Origin: Corynebacterium amycolatum
Lineage (GTDB): Bacteria; Actinomycetota; Actinomycetes; Mycobacteriales; Mycobacteriaceae
Reading direction: 5' to 3' (one strand)
Assembly: GCF_049243625.1 (NCBI RefSeq)
Contig: NZ_CP046975.1
DNA: 32,000 nucleotides
A program made the position numbers and the translations under genes. The notes beneath the pieces are model-generated. The model saw only the letters and a program-made list of their open reading frames with translations, did not search any database and was not told where the DNA came from. The stretch's first letter is position 1. Every line of letters starts with the position of its first letter. Below are positions 17,500 to 25,442 of the stretch, piece after piece.

Positions 17500-18816
17500 A
17501 TGACGCCTGAAGAAGTGATTGCACAGTCGGGAAACTCAGCGTGGATGCTGATCTCGGCTTCGTTGGTCTTGCTCATGACACCGGCGCTCGCGCTGTTCTA
17601 TGGCGGCATGTCGCGACAGAAGTCGGTACTCAACATGATGATGATGAGCTTTGGCGCTGTCGGCGTTGTCGGTGCCATTTACGTCCTGTGGGGCTGGTCG
17701 ATGTCCTACGGGTCGCAGCCAATCGGTGGTGTATTTGCCAACCCGTTCGAGTTCTTTGGACTGCGTAACTCAATCACGGACGATGACGGCAACTATATTA
17801 CGGGTGCAAACGGTTACCCGAACATCATCGACATCGGATTTCAGCTCACGTTCTGCTCTATTTCTGTAGCGCTGATTTCTGGCGCGCTGGCCGAACGCGT
17901 GAAGTTCTCCACCTGGTTGATTTTCGTCGGTATCTGGACAACGCTGGTGTACTTCCCAATGGCATACATGGTCTGGGGTGGTGGTCTGCTGAGCCACTCT
18001 GCAGAGAGCCTTTCGGCAAAACTGTTTGGGGCCGCTGACGGCGAGGCTGCCATCGCTCCAATTGACTTCGCTGGCGGTACGGTTGTGCACATTGCTGCTG
18101 GTACCGCCGCTTTGGTGCTGGCGATTATCGTCGGCAAGCGCAAGTCTATCGATGGCAGCCAGCATCGCCCGCATAACCTGCCACTCGTCATGCTGGGTGC
18201 TGCACTGCTGTGGTTCGGCTGGTTCGGCTTCAACGGCGGTTCGGCATTTGCTGCCGACGGTGTCGCTGGTCTGGCATGGCTAAATACGACGGTGGCAGCG
18301 TGCCTAGGCATGCTCGGCTGGATTTCACTCGAGCGTTTTCGTGATGGACATCCCACCTCGCTGGGTGCTGCTTCGGGGGTCATCGCAGGGCTTGTGACTA
18401 TTACTCCGGCCGCAGGAGATATGAACCCGGTGACTTCAATCATTCTGGGCTATATCGGCGGTGTGCTGGCTTGCTCGGGCGTTGGTTTAAAGTACAAGTT
18501 CAACTTCGATGACACCCTGGATGTGGTTGGTCTGCATCTGGTTGCAGCCATGTGGGGAACGATTGGTGTTGGCCTGCTGGCTAACGACCGCGGACTGCTT
18601 ACCGGCGGTGGCATCGACGGCCTGAAATTGTTCGCCATCCAGATCATTATTGCGGTCATCGCAGCGGTGTTCTCGGGCGTGCTGACGTACATCATTGCCC
18701 GAGTTCTGAAGGTAACCGTCGGCTGGCGTATCCACGGCGAGCAGGAACATTCTGGTATCGACGTTGCTCAGCACGGTGAGTCGGCCTACACGTCGGCCAA
18801 GCAGGCGGCTGTGTAA
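17500..18816 (+). CDS. amt: Ammonium transporter
   Basis: Amt/MEP signatures AWMLISASLVLLMTPALALFYGG, DFAGGTVVHIAAG and WFGWFGFNGGS. Length 438 aa. Confidence 0.96.
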   Translation: MTPEEVIAQSGNSAWMLISASLVLLMTPALALFYGGMSRQKSVLNMMMMSFGAVGVVGAIYVLWGWSMSYGSQPIGGVFANPFEFFGLRNSITDDDGNYITGANGYPNIIDIGFQLTFCSISVALISGALAERVKFSTWLIFVGIWTTLVYFPMAYMVWGGGLLSHSAESLSAKLFGAADGEAAIAPIDFAGGTVVHIAAGTAALVLAIIVGKRKSIDGSQHRPHNLPLVMLGAALLWFGWFGFNGGSAFAADGVAGLAWLNTTVAACLGMLGWISLERFRDGHPTSLGAASGVIAGLVTITPAAGDMNPVTSIILGYIGGVLACSGVGLKYKFNFDDTLDVVGLHLVAAMWGTIGVGLLANDRGLLTGGGIDGLKLFAIQIIIAVIAAVFSGVLTYIIARVLKVTVGWRIHGEQEHSGIDVAQHGESAYTSAKQAAV

Positions 18817-18844
18817 TCCAGGCTGTGTAAATGAGGCTGTGAAA
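18807..18844 (+). repeat. 14-bp-period triple direct repeat spanning the amt stop codon
   Basis: GGCTGTGTAA at 18807-18816 (contains stop TAA 18814-18816), GGCTGTGTAA at 18821-18830, and GGCTGTGAAA at 18835-18844. Confidence 0.85.
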
Positions 18845-18904
18845 ACAAGTGGGTCCTTGGGTTAATTCAGCTCCAGTCCACAACTGCAGGTAAGATATTG
18901 CCCC

Positions 18905-21900
18905 ATGTATTTGAAATCGCTGACTCTGAAGGGCTTTAAATCCTTCGCTTCGGCGACGACGATGAAATTCGAGCCCGGCATCTGCGCAGTTGTCGGCCCG
19001 AATGGATCTGGTAAGTCGAATGTTGTCGACGCCCTCGCGTGGGTTATGGGCGAGCACTCCGCCAAGACCCTCCGTGGCGGCAAAATGGAAGATGTCATCT
19101 TCGCGGGTACTTCCGGGCGAAAGCCCTTGGGGCGCGCGGAGGTTACTCTTACCATCGACAATTCCGATGGGGCACTTCCCATTCAATATAAAGAAGTCTC
19201 TGTCACGCGTCGCATGTACCGCGACGGCGCCAGCGAATACGAAATCAACGGTTCTCGCGTCCGCCTCATGGACGTCCAAGAACTCCTCAGCGACACCGGC
19301 ATTGGCCGTGAGATGCACATCATCGTCGGCCAGGGCCGGCTTTCTCAGATTCTGGAGTCTCGGCCAGAGGAGCGTCGTGCGTTTATTGAAGAAGCCGCAG
19401 GCGTGCTCAAACACCGTCGTCGCAAAGAAAAGGCGCAGCGTAAACTGCAGTCGATGCAGGCCAATCTCGACCGGCTGCAGGACCTGACAGGTGAGCTTTC
19501 CCGTCAACTCAAGCCGCTAAAACGTCAGGCTGAGGCTGCCTCTCGCGCTCAGACTGTGCAGGCAGACCTGCGCGATGCCAAGTTGCGTTTGGCTGCCGCG
19601 GACTTCGTGGACTTGCAGGACAGCCTCAATGACATTGCTGGTCAAGCCAAGCTCATTGAGGAAAAAGTAGAAGCTGCCACGGAGCGTGCTGAGATTGCCG
19701 CTGAGCGCACTGCAGAACTCGAAGCCGAATTGGAGGACATTACTCCAGCTGCCGATGCTGCCCGTGACCTATGGTTCCGTCTCTCCGCACTCGGTGAGCG
19801 TATTCAAGCGACGGCCCGCATCGCCGCCGATCGCGCGGCCGACCATTCCGTCGCTCCGTGGGTAGGCCCGGACCCGGACTTCCTGGAGCAGCGTGCCGAC
19901 GATGCCGCCACCGAAGAAGCCACGCTTGCAGAGGCAGAGGCAGAGGCTCGCGAAAAGCTGGAGGAAATCGGCGAAACGCTTTTCGATGCCGAGGAAACGT
20001 TCCGCGAAGCAGAGGCCGAGCACCTCGCGGCCGTTCGCGCAATCGCCGACCGTCGCGAAGGAGTGGTTCGCCTCATTTCCGCCGAAGAATCTCTGCGCAC
20101 TCGCTTGGAAGCCGCCGAAGCCGAAGCTGCACGCCTTGCCGAGCAAACCAATGAGGCCGACGAACGCCGGGCCGATGCCACCGAAGCCGTGGAAAACGCC
20201 GCACAGGAACTAGCCGAGGCCGAATTCGAAGGTCCCGAGCTGCAGAGCGTTTATGAACAGGCTAACCGGGAAGCAGAGCTGGCCTCTACACGGTTGAAAG
20301 AACTCCGTGCTGACGAGCGCGACCTCGAGCGCAGCGTCTCAGGTTTGTCCGCTCGCATCGAAGCTCTAGAGACCGCCCGCACCGCTGCTGCCAACGACGG
20401 CACCGCGTGGCTACGCGAAAAGCACGAGCTCGGCGTTCTCTCTGAAGTCATCGATGTCGACGCTGGCTGGGAAAAAGCGCTCACCGCAGCCCTCGGCGCG
20501 GCCGCCGAAGCACTAGTCAGCGAGGGCAGTGGAGATTCGCTTATCGACGAGCTGGTGGCTGCAGGCAAAGGCAGTGCCGTCGTTATCAGTTCTGCGGATG
20601 CATCCGACTCCTGGCGCTTGGACATCACTTTGCCCGCACAGGCATCCTGGCTGCTCGACCATGTGACAGTGCCCGCGAAGCTTTCGGGTTCGTTGACCTC
20701 TCTGCTCGTTGATGTCGTGGCCTGCGACGACGAACTCGTTGCCCGTGAGCTGGTGACGCAGGATACTCGACTGCGCGTTGTTGACCGCGATGGTGTGCTG
20801 CGTGGCTCTGGTTGGGTAGCTGGCGGTGCTGGTGGCACTGCATCAGGTGTGGAAATCGCCGCCGACATTGCCAAGGCCCGCGAAGAGCTGGCGGAGGCGC
20901 AGGTGCGTTTGAGTGACCTCGGTGGTGTGCTCTCCGGTGCACAGGCCGAAGAAGAGGACCGCCGCACTGACGCTGCGGCCGCCCGTGCTGCGCTGCGTGA
21001 GCATCAGAGTCGTATGAAGGTCCTCACGGATGCCCGAACTCGGGCCACGGCGCAGCTGTCCGGCGTGGTGCATGATGCCGAACGTGCTGAGCAGCGCGGA
21101 GCCGAAGCCGTGGACCGAGTAACGAAGCTCCAGAAGGAATTGGCGGAGGTTGCGGACCGCTTGGCTCGCGTTGACCGTGACCCCGAGGAGGGGGAACCGT
21201 CGACAAGCGAACGTGACCGTGCCTCGGAGGCTCTGACGGCAGTGCGCGCCATGGAGACAGAGGCGCGTCTGTCGCTGCGTACGGCAGAGGAGAGGCTGTC
21301 GAGTGTACGAGGTAAGGCCGAGCGGCTTCGTCGCCAGGCTGCGTCGGAGCGCGTAGCGAAGGCGCGCCATGAGCAGGCGCAGATGGCTAAGGTTGCCCAG
21401 CGCGAATTGGCAGAAGTCGTCGCGGAGCTGGCTGAGGATTTGCATGCGAAGGTCAACGTGTCGTTGGCGCGGGCAGAGGCCGATCGCGACGATGCCGAGG
21501 CGCAGAAGAAGACGGTGTCGCAGGCACTATCGGCGGCACGGACGGAGGCAAATGGGGCGCAACGTGAGCTGGCACAGCTAACGGATTCCGCGCACCAGGG
21601 AGACATCGCCCGTGCACAGGCGCAGGTCCGCGTGACCGAGGCTGCAGAGCGCATCGTCGACCAGTTGGGGCTGTCTGTCGATGACCTGCTCGCGGACTTT
21701 GCTCCTGATGAGAACTTTGACCGCGCAGCCGTGACGAAGCAGCTCAAACAGGCGGAGAAGGATCTGCGTGTGCTCGGCCGCGTCAACCCGTTGGCGCTGG
21801 AGGAGTATAAGGCGATGGAGGAGCGCTACTCTTTCCTATCCACGCAGCTCGATGATGTCCTCAAGGCCCGCCAGGACCTCACCGATGTTGTCGAGGAAGT

Positions 21901-22399
21901 CGATGCCACGATTCTGCAGCTCTTCACAGACGCGTGGAACGATGTCGAGGCAGAATTCCCCGCGGTCTTCCAAACGCTTTTCCCGGGCGGTGACGGACGA
22001 CTGGTTCTCACTGAGCCTGACAACCTGCTAACCACAGGTATCGAGGTTGAAGCTCGCCCACCGGGCAAAAAGGTCAAGCGACTCTCGTTGCTCTCCGGCG
22101 GCGAGAAGTCGCTGACGGCGCTGGCAATGCTCGTTGCTATTTTCCGCGCTCGCCCGAGTCCGTTTTACGTGCTCGACGAGGTGGAGGCAGCGCTTGACGA
22201 CGTTAACCTGCGTCGCCTTATTGCGTTGCTCGAGGAACTCCGCGCGACCAGTCAGCTGATTGTCATTACGCACCAGAAGCCAACAATGGACGTTGCGAAT
22301 GTGCTCTACGGTGTGACCATGCGGGGCGATGGTGTGACTCGAGTAATCTCGCAGCGAATGTCACCGGCATCCGCAACTCCGTCGACAGGAGCGGAGTAG
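18905..22399 (+). CDS. smc: Chromosome partition protein Smc
   Basis: MYLKSLTLKGFKSF, Walker A GPNGSGKSN, long coiled coils with a central hinge, signature LSGGEKSL, and Walker B FYVLDEVEAALD. Length 1164 aa. Confidence 0.97.
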   Translation: MYLKSLTLKGFKSFASATTMKFEPGICAVVGPNGSGKSNVVDALAWVMGEHSAKTLRGGKMEDVIFAGTSGRKPLGRAEVTLTIDNSDGALPIQYKEVSVTRRMYRDGASEYEINGSRVRLMDVQELLSDTGIGREMHIIVGQGRLSQILESRPEERRAFIEEAAGVLKHRRRKEKAQRKLQSMQANLDRLQDLTGELSRQLKPLKRQAEAASRAQTVQADLRDAKLRLAAADFVDLQDSLNDIAGQAKLIEEKVEAATERAEIAAERTAELEAELEDITPAADAARDLWFRLSALGERIQATARIAADRAADHSVAPWVGPDPDFLEQRADDAATEEATLAEAEAEAREKLEEIGETLFDAEETFREAEAEHLAAVRAIADRREGVVRLISAEESLRTRLEAAEAEAARLAEQTNEADERRADATEAVENAAQELAEAEFEGPELQSVYEQANREAELASTRLKELRADERDLERSVSGLSARIEALETARTAAANDGTAWLREKHELGVLSEVIDVDAGWEKALTAALGAAAEALVSEGSGDSLIDELVAAGKGSAVVISSADASDSWRLDITLPAQASWLLDHVTVPAKLSGSLTSLLVDVVACDDELVARELVTQDTRLRVVDRDGVLRGSGWVAGGAGGTASGVEIAADIAKAREELAEAQVRLSDLGGVLSGAQAEEEDRRTDAAAARAALREHQSRMKVLTDARTRATAQLSGVVHDAERAEQRGAEAVDRVTKLQKELAEVADRLARVDRDPEEGEPSTSERDRASEALTAVRAMETEARLSLRTAEERLSSVRGKAERLRRQAASERVAKARHEQAQMAKVAQRELAEVVAELAEDLHAKVNVSLARAEADRDDAEAQKKTVSQALSAARTEANGAQRELAQLTDSAHQGDIARAQAQVRVTEAAERIVDQLGLSVDDLLADFAPDENFDRAAVTKQLKQAEKDLRVLGRVNPLALEEYKAMEERYSFLSTQLDDVLKARQDLTDVVEEVDATILQLFTDAWNDVEAEFPAVFQTLFPGGDGRLVLTEPDNLLTTGIEVEARPPGKKVKRLSLLSGGEKSLTALAMLVAIFRARPSPFYVLDEVEAALDDVNLRRLIALLEELRATSQLIVITHQKPTMDVANVLYGVTMRGDGVTRVISQRMSPASATPSTGAE

Positions 22400-22437
22400 G
22401 CGCGGAGTAAGTGAGGAAGAGTCGTTGATACTGCATA

Positions 22438-24015
22438 ATGAGAGTTATGACTCCAACTCAGTGGATACTCCTTGTCGTCGCGATTGTCGTTATTATCGCG
22501 CTGCTTTTTGTTGTGGGCTATGTCCGCAGGAAAAACCAGCGCATTTCCTTTGCGAAGGAAGATACTAAGGAACTCACCCAGCAGGAGAAGTCTGGAAATT
22601 ACCAGGCCACTAGTGGTTTTAACTTCGCTCCGGCCGGTAGTGGAACTGATACCCGTGAGAAGCAGCCGGTTGAAAAACCGATGCCCAAGCCGGTGGAAAA
22701 GCCCATTGAAAAGCAGGTCCCGGAACCAGTTGAAAAGCGGGCAGATGAGCCCGTTGATAAGTCGACGGATGGCTCCCTGCTGAAGCCGGAAGGCCAACTG
22801 CCTATTCCCGATAACCCCACCGAAATGGAGGGGGATCACGACCGCGTAATGCGGGAAATCCCAATCGATTTGCCTACGGCCGGAGAAGAGGAATCAGAGC
22901 CCGAGCCGGAACCACAACCAGAGCCCCAAGCAGAGCCTGAGGTAGAGGTAGTTTCTGCTCCTGAACCGGTGCCGGAGCCGGAGCCGACTCCCGAACCAGA
23001 ACCGACGCCAGAGCCGACGCCAGAACCGACGCCAGAGCCGGAGCCGACGCCGGAGCCAGAAGCGGAACAGCAGATTGACTCCATTGACCCGGCTGAGGGA
23101 CGTCTGGGTCGCCTGCGCGGTCGTCTGTCCCGGTCGCAGAATGCAATTGGCCAGTCTGTGCTCGGCATCTTGGGCGCGGGTGACCTTGATGAGGACGCGT
23201 GGGAAGAGGTCGAGGACATCCTGGTGATGGCTGACCTCGGTGCGGCTGCGACGCAGCGTGTCGTCGATAAGCTGCGTGAGCGTATTGCCAGCCAGAAGGT
23301 GAGCACGGAAGAACAGGCACGCGCCCTGCTGCGTGAGGTGCTGATTGAGGAGTGCAAGCCTGAGATGGATCGCTCCATTCGCGCACTTCCGCACGAGGGC
23401 AAGCCCGCAGTGATTCTGGTGGTCGGTGTCAACGGCACTGGTAAGACCACGACGACGGGCAAACTGGCTCGTGTGCTGGTGGCCGGTGGCCACCATGTTG
23501 TTCTCGGTGCAGCGGACACTTTCCGTGCCGCTGCTGCAGATCAGCTGGAAACCTGGGGCCGTCGTGTCGGTGCCGAGACCGTTCGTGGCGCTGAAGGCGC
23601 GGATCCTGCTTCTATTGCATTTGAGGCAGTTGCTCACGGTATCGAGTCCGGCGCTGATGTGGTGCTCATCGACACCGCCGGCCGCCTGCACACCAAGGTC
23701 GGACTGATGGACCAACTGGACAAGATTAAGCGCGTGGTGGAGAAGAAGGCTCAGGTTGATGAAGTCATCCTGGTTTTGGACGCGACGGTTGGCCAAAATG
23801 GTCTGCTGCAGGCTCGTACTTTCCGGGATGTTGTAGACATCACCGGCGTTGCTCTGACCAAGCTGGACGGTACCGCGAAGGGCGGCATTGTATTCCAGGT
23901 GCAAAACGAGCTCGGTGTACCGGTGAAGTTGGTTGGCCTTGGTGAAGGTGCTGACCACCTGGCGCCGTTTGAGCCGGAGAGCTTTGTAGACGCACTGCTC
24001 GGCGGCCGCAAATAG
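22438..24015 (+). CDS. ftsY: Signal recognition particle receptor FtsY
   Basis: N-terminal TM helix ([20 protein letters not shown]) and an acidic Pro/Glu-rich A domain. NG domain with [22 protein letters not shown] and [10 protein letters not shown]. Confidence 0.96.
   Translation: MRVMTPTQWILLVVAIVVIIALLFVVGYVRRKNQRISFAKEDTKELTQQEKSGNYQATSGFNFAPAGSGTDTREKQPVEKPMPKPVEKPIEKQVPEPVEKRADEPVDKSTDGSLLKPEGQLPIPDNPTEMEGDHDRVMREIPIDLPTAGEEESEPEPEPQPEPQAEPEVEVVSAPEPVPEPEPTPEPEPTPEPTPEPTPEPEPTPEPEAEQQIDSIDPAEGRLGRLRGRLSRSQNAIGQSVLGILGAGDLDEDAWEEVEDILVMADLGAAATQRVVDKLRERIASQKVSTEEQARALLREVLIEECKPEMDRSIRALPHEGKPAVILVVGVNGTGKTTTTGKLARVLVAGGHHVVLGAADTFRAAAADQLETWGRRVGAETVRGAEGADPASIAFEAVAHGIESGADVVLIDTAGRLHTKVGLMDQLDKIKRVVEKKAQVDEVILVLDATVGQNGLLQARTFRDVVDITGVALTKLDGTAKGGIVFQVQNELGVPVKLVGLGEGADHLAPFEPESFVDALLGGRK
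22897..23063. repeat. In-frame Pro-Glu/Pro-Thr microsatellite-like repeat inside ftsY
   Basis: Encodes [15 protein letters not shown]...[33 protein letters not shown]. At DNA level there are iterated GAGCCGACGCCA-type 6/12-nt units. The antisense frames read GSGVGS, which explains the long spurious minus-strand ORFs. Confidence 0.9.
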
Positions 24016-24084
24016 TAACTAACATCGATGAGTGAATTTTCCATTGATTGGTGAGTACAGCGTCGGTCGTTGCCCCCTCCCGGC

Positions 24085-24152
24085 AAAAAGTAAAGGCCTC
24101 GGAGCCACCGCGTAGATTTCTGTAGAGGATACGCGGGGCTCCGGGGCTTTTA
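24085..24152. terminator. Bidirectional intrinsic terminator between ftsY and the convergent surface-protein gene
   Basis: An 18-bp stem (24096-24114 pairs with 24130-24147; one bulged A, one G-U pair) with a 15-nt loop. It is flanked by AAAAA (24085-24089) and TTTT (24148-24151), so a U-tract follows the hairpin on both strands. Confidence 0.8.
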
Positions 24153-24187
24153 CTGTTGAGGGGCTAGGAATCTAGCGGAGAGTTGTG

Positions 24188-24919
24188 CTAGGAATCCTTA
24201 GAATTCTTGCGTGCGAGGCGGGTAGCTGCCACGCCACCGACCAGGAGTGCGAGAGCCGCACCGCCGAGGGCAGTCGCCTGAACACCAGTGACTGCTAGAC
24301 CAGTGTTCTTGGTCCCGGTTTGCTTACCGTCATTCTTAGGGTTGTCGGGCTTGTCTCCTGGATTTTCCTCCCCAGGATTCTTGTCGTCCCCAGGCCGTTC
24401 GTCACCTGGGTTTTCATCATCCCCCGGTGCGTCATCGTCTGGGTTTTCATCGTCGGAAGTTGGACAGTAGCCGTAGACTCCGGTTGCCGGGTCGATCTTG
24501 CTCATATCCCGCGGGGAACCATCGGGGCACGTTGCGGTGTCATCGACTCCCGGCGGAATTCCGTCATTCTCTGGGGCATCTTCGTCAGGCTCCGGAGTTG
24601 GGCCGGAATCATCTGAAGTGCCACACGCGCCGTAAGCTCCGGTTGCCGGGTCAATCTTGCTCATATCCCGCGGGGAACCGTCGGGACAGGTCTGGGTGTC
24701 CTCAACGCCCGGTGGGATGCCATCGTTCGATGAACCTCCTGGATCCGGGTTTGCCGCGTCATCTACACACTGGAAAGTACCGCCAACATTTTCAAAATGT
24801 TGACCGGCGGGGCATTCCGATGGGGCGGGGTCAGGAATCTGTGCGGTGGCGGCGCCAACGCCGATGAGCATGCCGGCTGAAGCGGCAGCGGCCACCATGG
24901 TCGAAGAGAGCTTCTTCAT
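24188..24919 (-). CDS. Secreted cell-wall-anchored protein, LAVTG sorting signal, two-cysteine CPxG repeat modules
   Basis: Signal peptide MKKLSSTMVAAAASAGMLIGVGAATA|QIP. LAVTG (encoded at 24284-24298) is followed by the hydrophobic stretch GGAALALLVGGVAAT and the basic tail RLARKNSKDS. Three Cys-pair modules and an acidic NPGD stalk. GAGG RBS before the ATG. Confidence 0.85.
   Translation of the reverse strand: MKKLSSTMVAAAASAGMLIGVGAATAQIPDPAPSECPAGQHFENVGGTFQCVDDAANPDPGGSSNDGIPPGVEDTQTCPDGSPRDMSKIDPATGAYGACGTSDDSGPTPEPDEDAPENDGIPPGVDDTATCPDGSPRDMSKIDPATGVYGYCPTSDDENPDDDAPGDDENPGDERPGDDKNPGEENPGDKPDNPKNDGKQTGTKNTGLAVTGVQATALGGAALALLVGGVAATRLARKNSKDS
24449..24727. repeat. 159-bp (53-codon) in-frame tandem duplication inside the LAVTG protein gene
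   Basis: CCGGTTGCCGGGTC(G/A)ATCTTGCTCATATCCCGCGGGGAACC recurs at 24480 and 24639. Protein repeats: NDGIPPGVEDTQTCPDGSPRDMSKIDPATGAYGACGTSDD and NDGIPPGVDDTATCPDGSPRDMSKIDPATGVYGYCPTSDD. Confidence 0.9.
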
Positions 24920-25368
24920 TTGGAAACCTCACAATGTCTATAGGAAAGCCCTGCAATCAATGGGCTTAAGGGGGAACACTGTTCACACATTTGATTCTAA
25001 TAACTAATTAAAGTCTTTAGTGGCATGGGTTTGGGGAGGGGGTAAAGCAAAATTGTTGACTCGTCCAAACCTCAGTAGAGGAAAGTGGGAACTTATATTT
25101 ACAACGCTGAGTGTGTACACCCGTTGTGGTTGGAGCGTTTATAGAACTTGCCACTGTCGACTCGGCATAGGGCTTTTCTGTCTTCGCTAATGGAGCCGAG
25201 TCTTCTAATGTCTTATAGCTTTCGCTCATCTTTGCTGGCGAATGGTGCTTCCTAATCGTGTCGGGGTGGCGAAAGGCGGGTGGGGCGTAGCGGTTTGGTA
25301 AAAAATCGGTATCTGTGCGGTTTATGGTTCGAGCTATAGGAGTTATAACGTTTCGAAGATATGACACG

Positions 25369-25404
25369 CAAAAATGCTCCCGATGCTGAATTGGCATCAG
25401 GAGC
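25369..25404 (-). terminator. Intrinsic terminator of the LAATG protein gene
   Basis: Minus-strand RNA GCUCCUGAUGC-CAAUUCA-GCAUCGGGAGC-AUUUUUG. It has an 11-bp stem (one U-G pair) starting 38 nt after the stop codon. Confidence 0.85.
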
Positions 25405-25442
25405 AGTTTACGTTTCGCTAGCGGGGTAGAACCCTAAGCTTC

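Noticed and set aside
19740-21786. Multiple 100-260-aa ORFs on both strands inside smc
   Set aside because: All are nested in the 1164-aa Smc frame. The Arg/Ala/Ser-rich translations are produced by alternative frames of GAG/GCC/CGC-rich coiled-coil coding sequence.
22391-22409. GCGGAGTA repeated 11 nt apart across the smc stop codon; similar 7-of-9 repeat TAGTTAGAC/TAAGTAGAC at the recG stop (11111-11129)
   Set aside because: Each is too short or imperfect to exclude chance on its own. They are mentioned only as weak members of the stop-spanning repeat pattern.
22836-23958. Two long minus-strand ORFs (227 and 354 aa) antisense to ftsY
   Set aside because: They mirror the ftsY coding frame. 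The [12 protein letters not shown] stretch is just the reverse complement of the Pro-Glu repeat. The FtsY GTPase motifs are on the plus strand.
24042-24963. 10-bp inverted repeat CCATTGATTG (24042-24051) / CAATCAATGG (24954-24963) flanking the LAVTG gene
   Set aside because: A single 10-mer match within about 1 kb could be chance. No transposase, no target-site duplication and no longer terminal similarity, so it is not called as a mobile-element boundary.
25017-25397. 126-aa minus-strand ORF filling the spacer between the two surface-protein genes
   Set aside because: Its ATG lies inside the terminator hairpin of the upstream gene. There is no Shine-Dalgarno sequence, either there or at the internal Met near 25229. 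The sequence has no hydrophobic core or motif and sits in AT-rich DNA with atypical codon usage. More likely non-coding promoter or spacer DNA.
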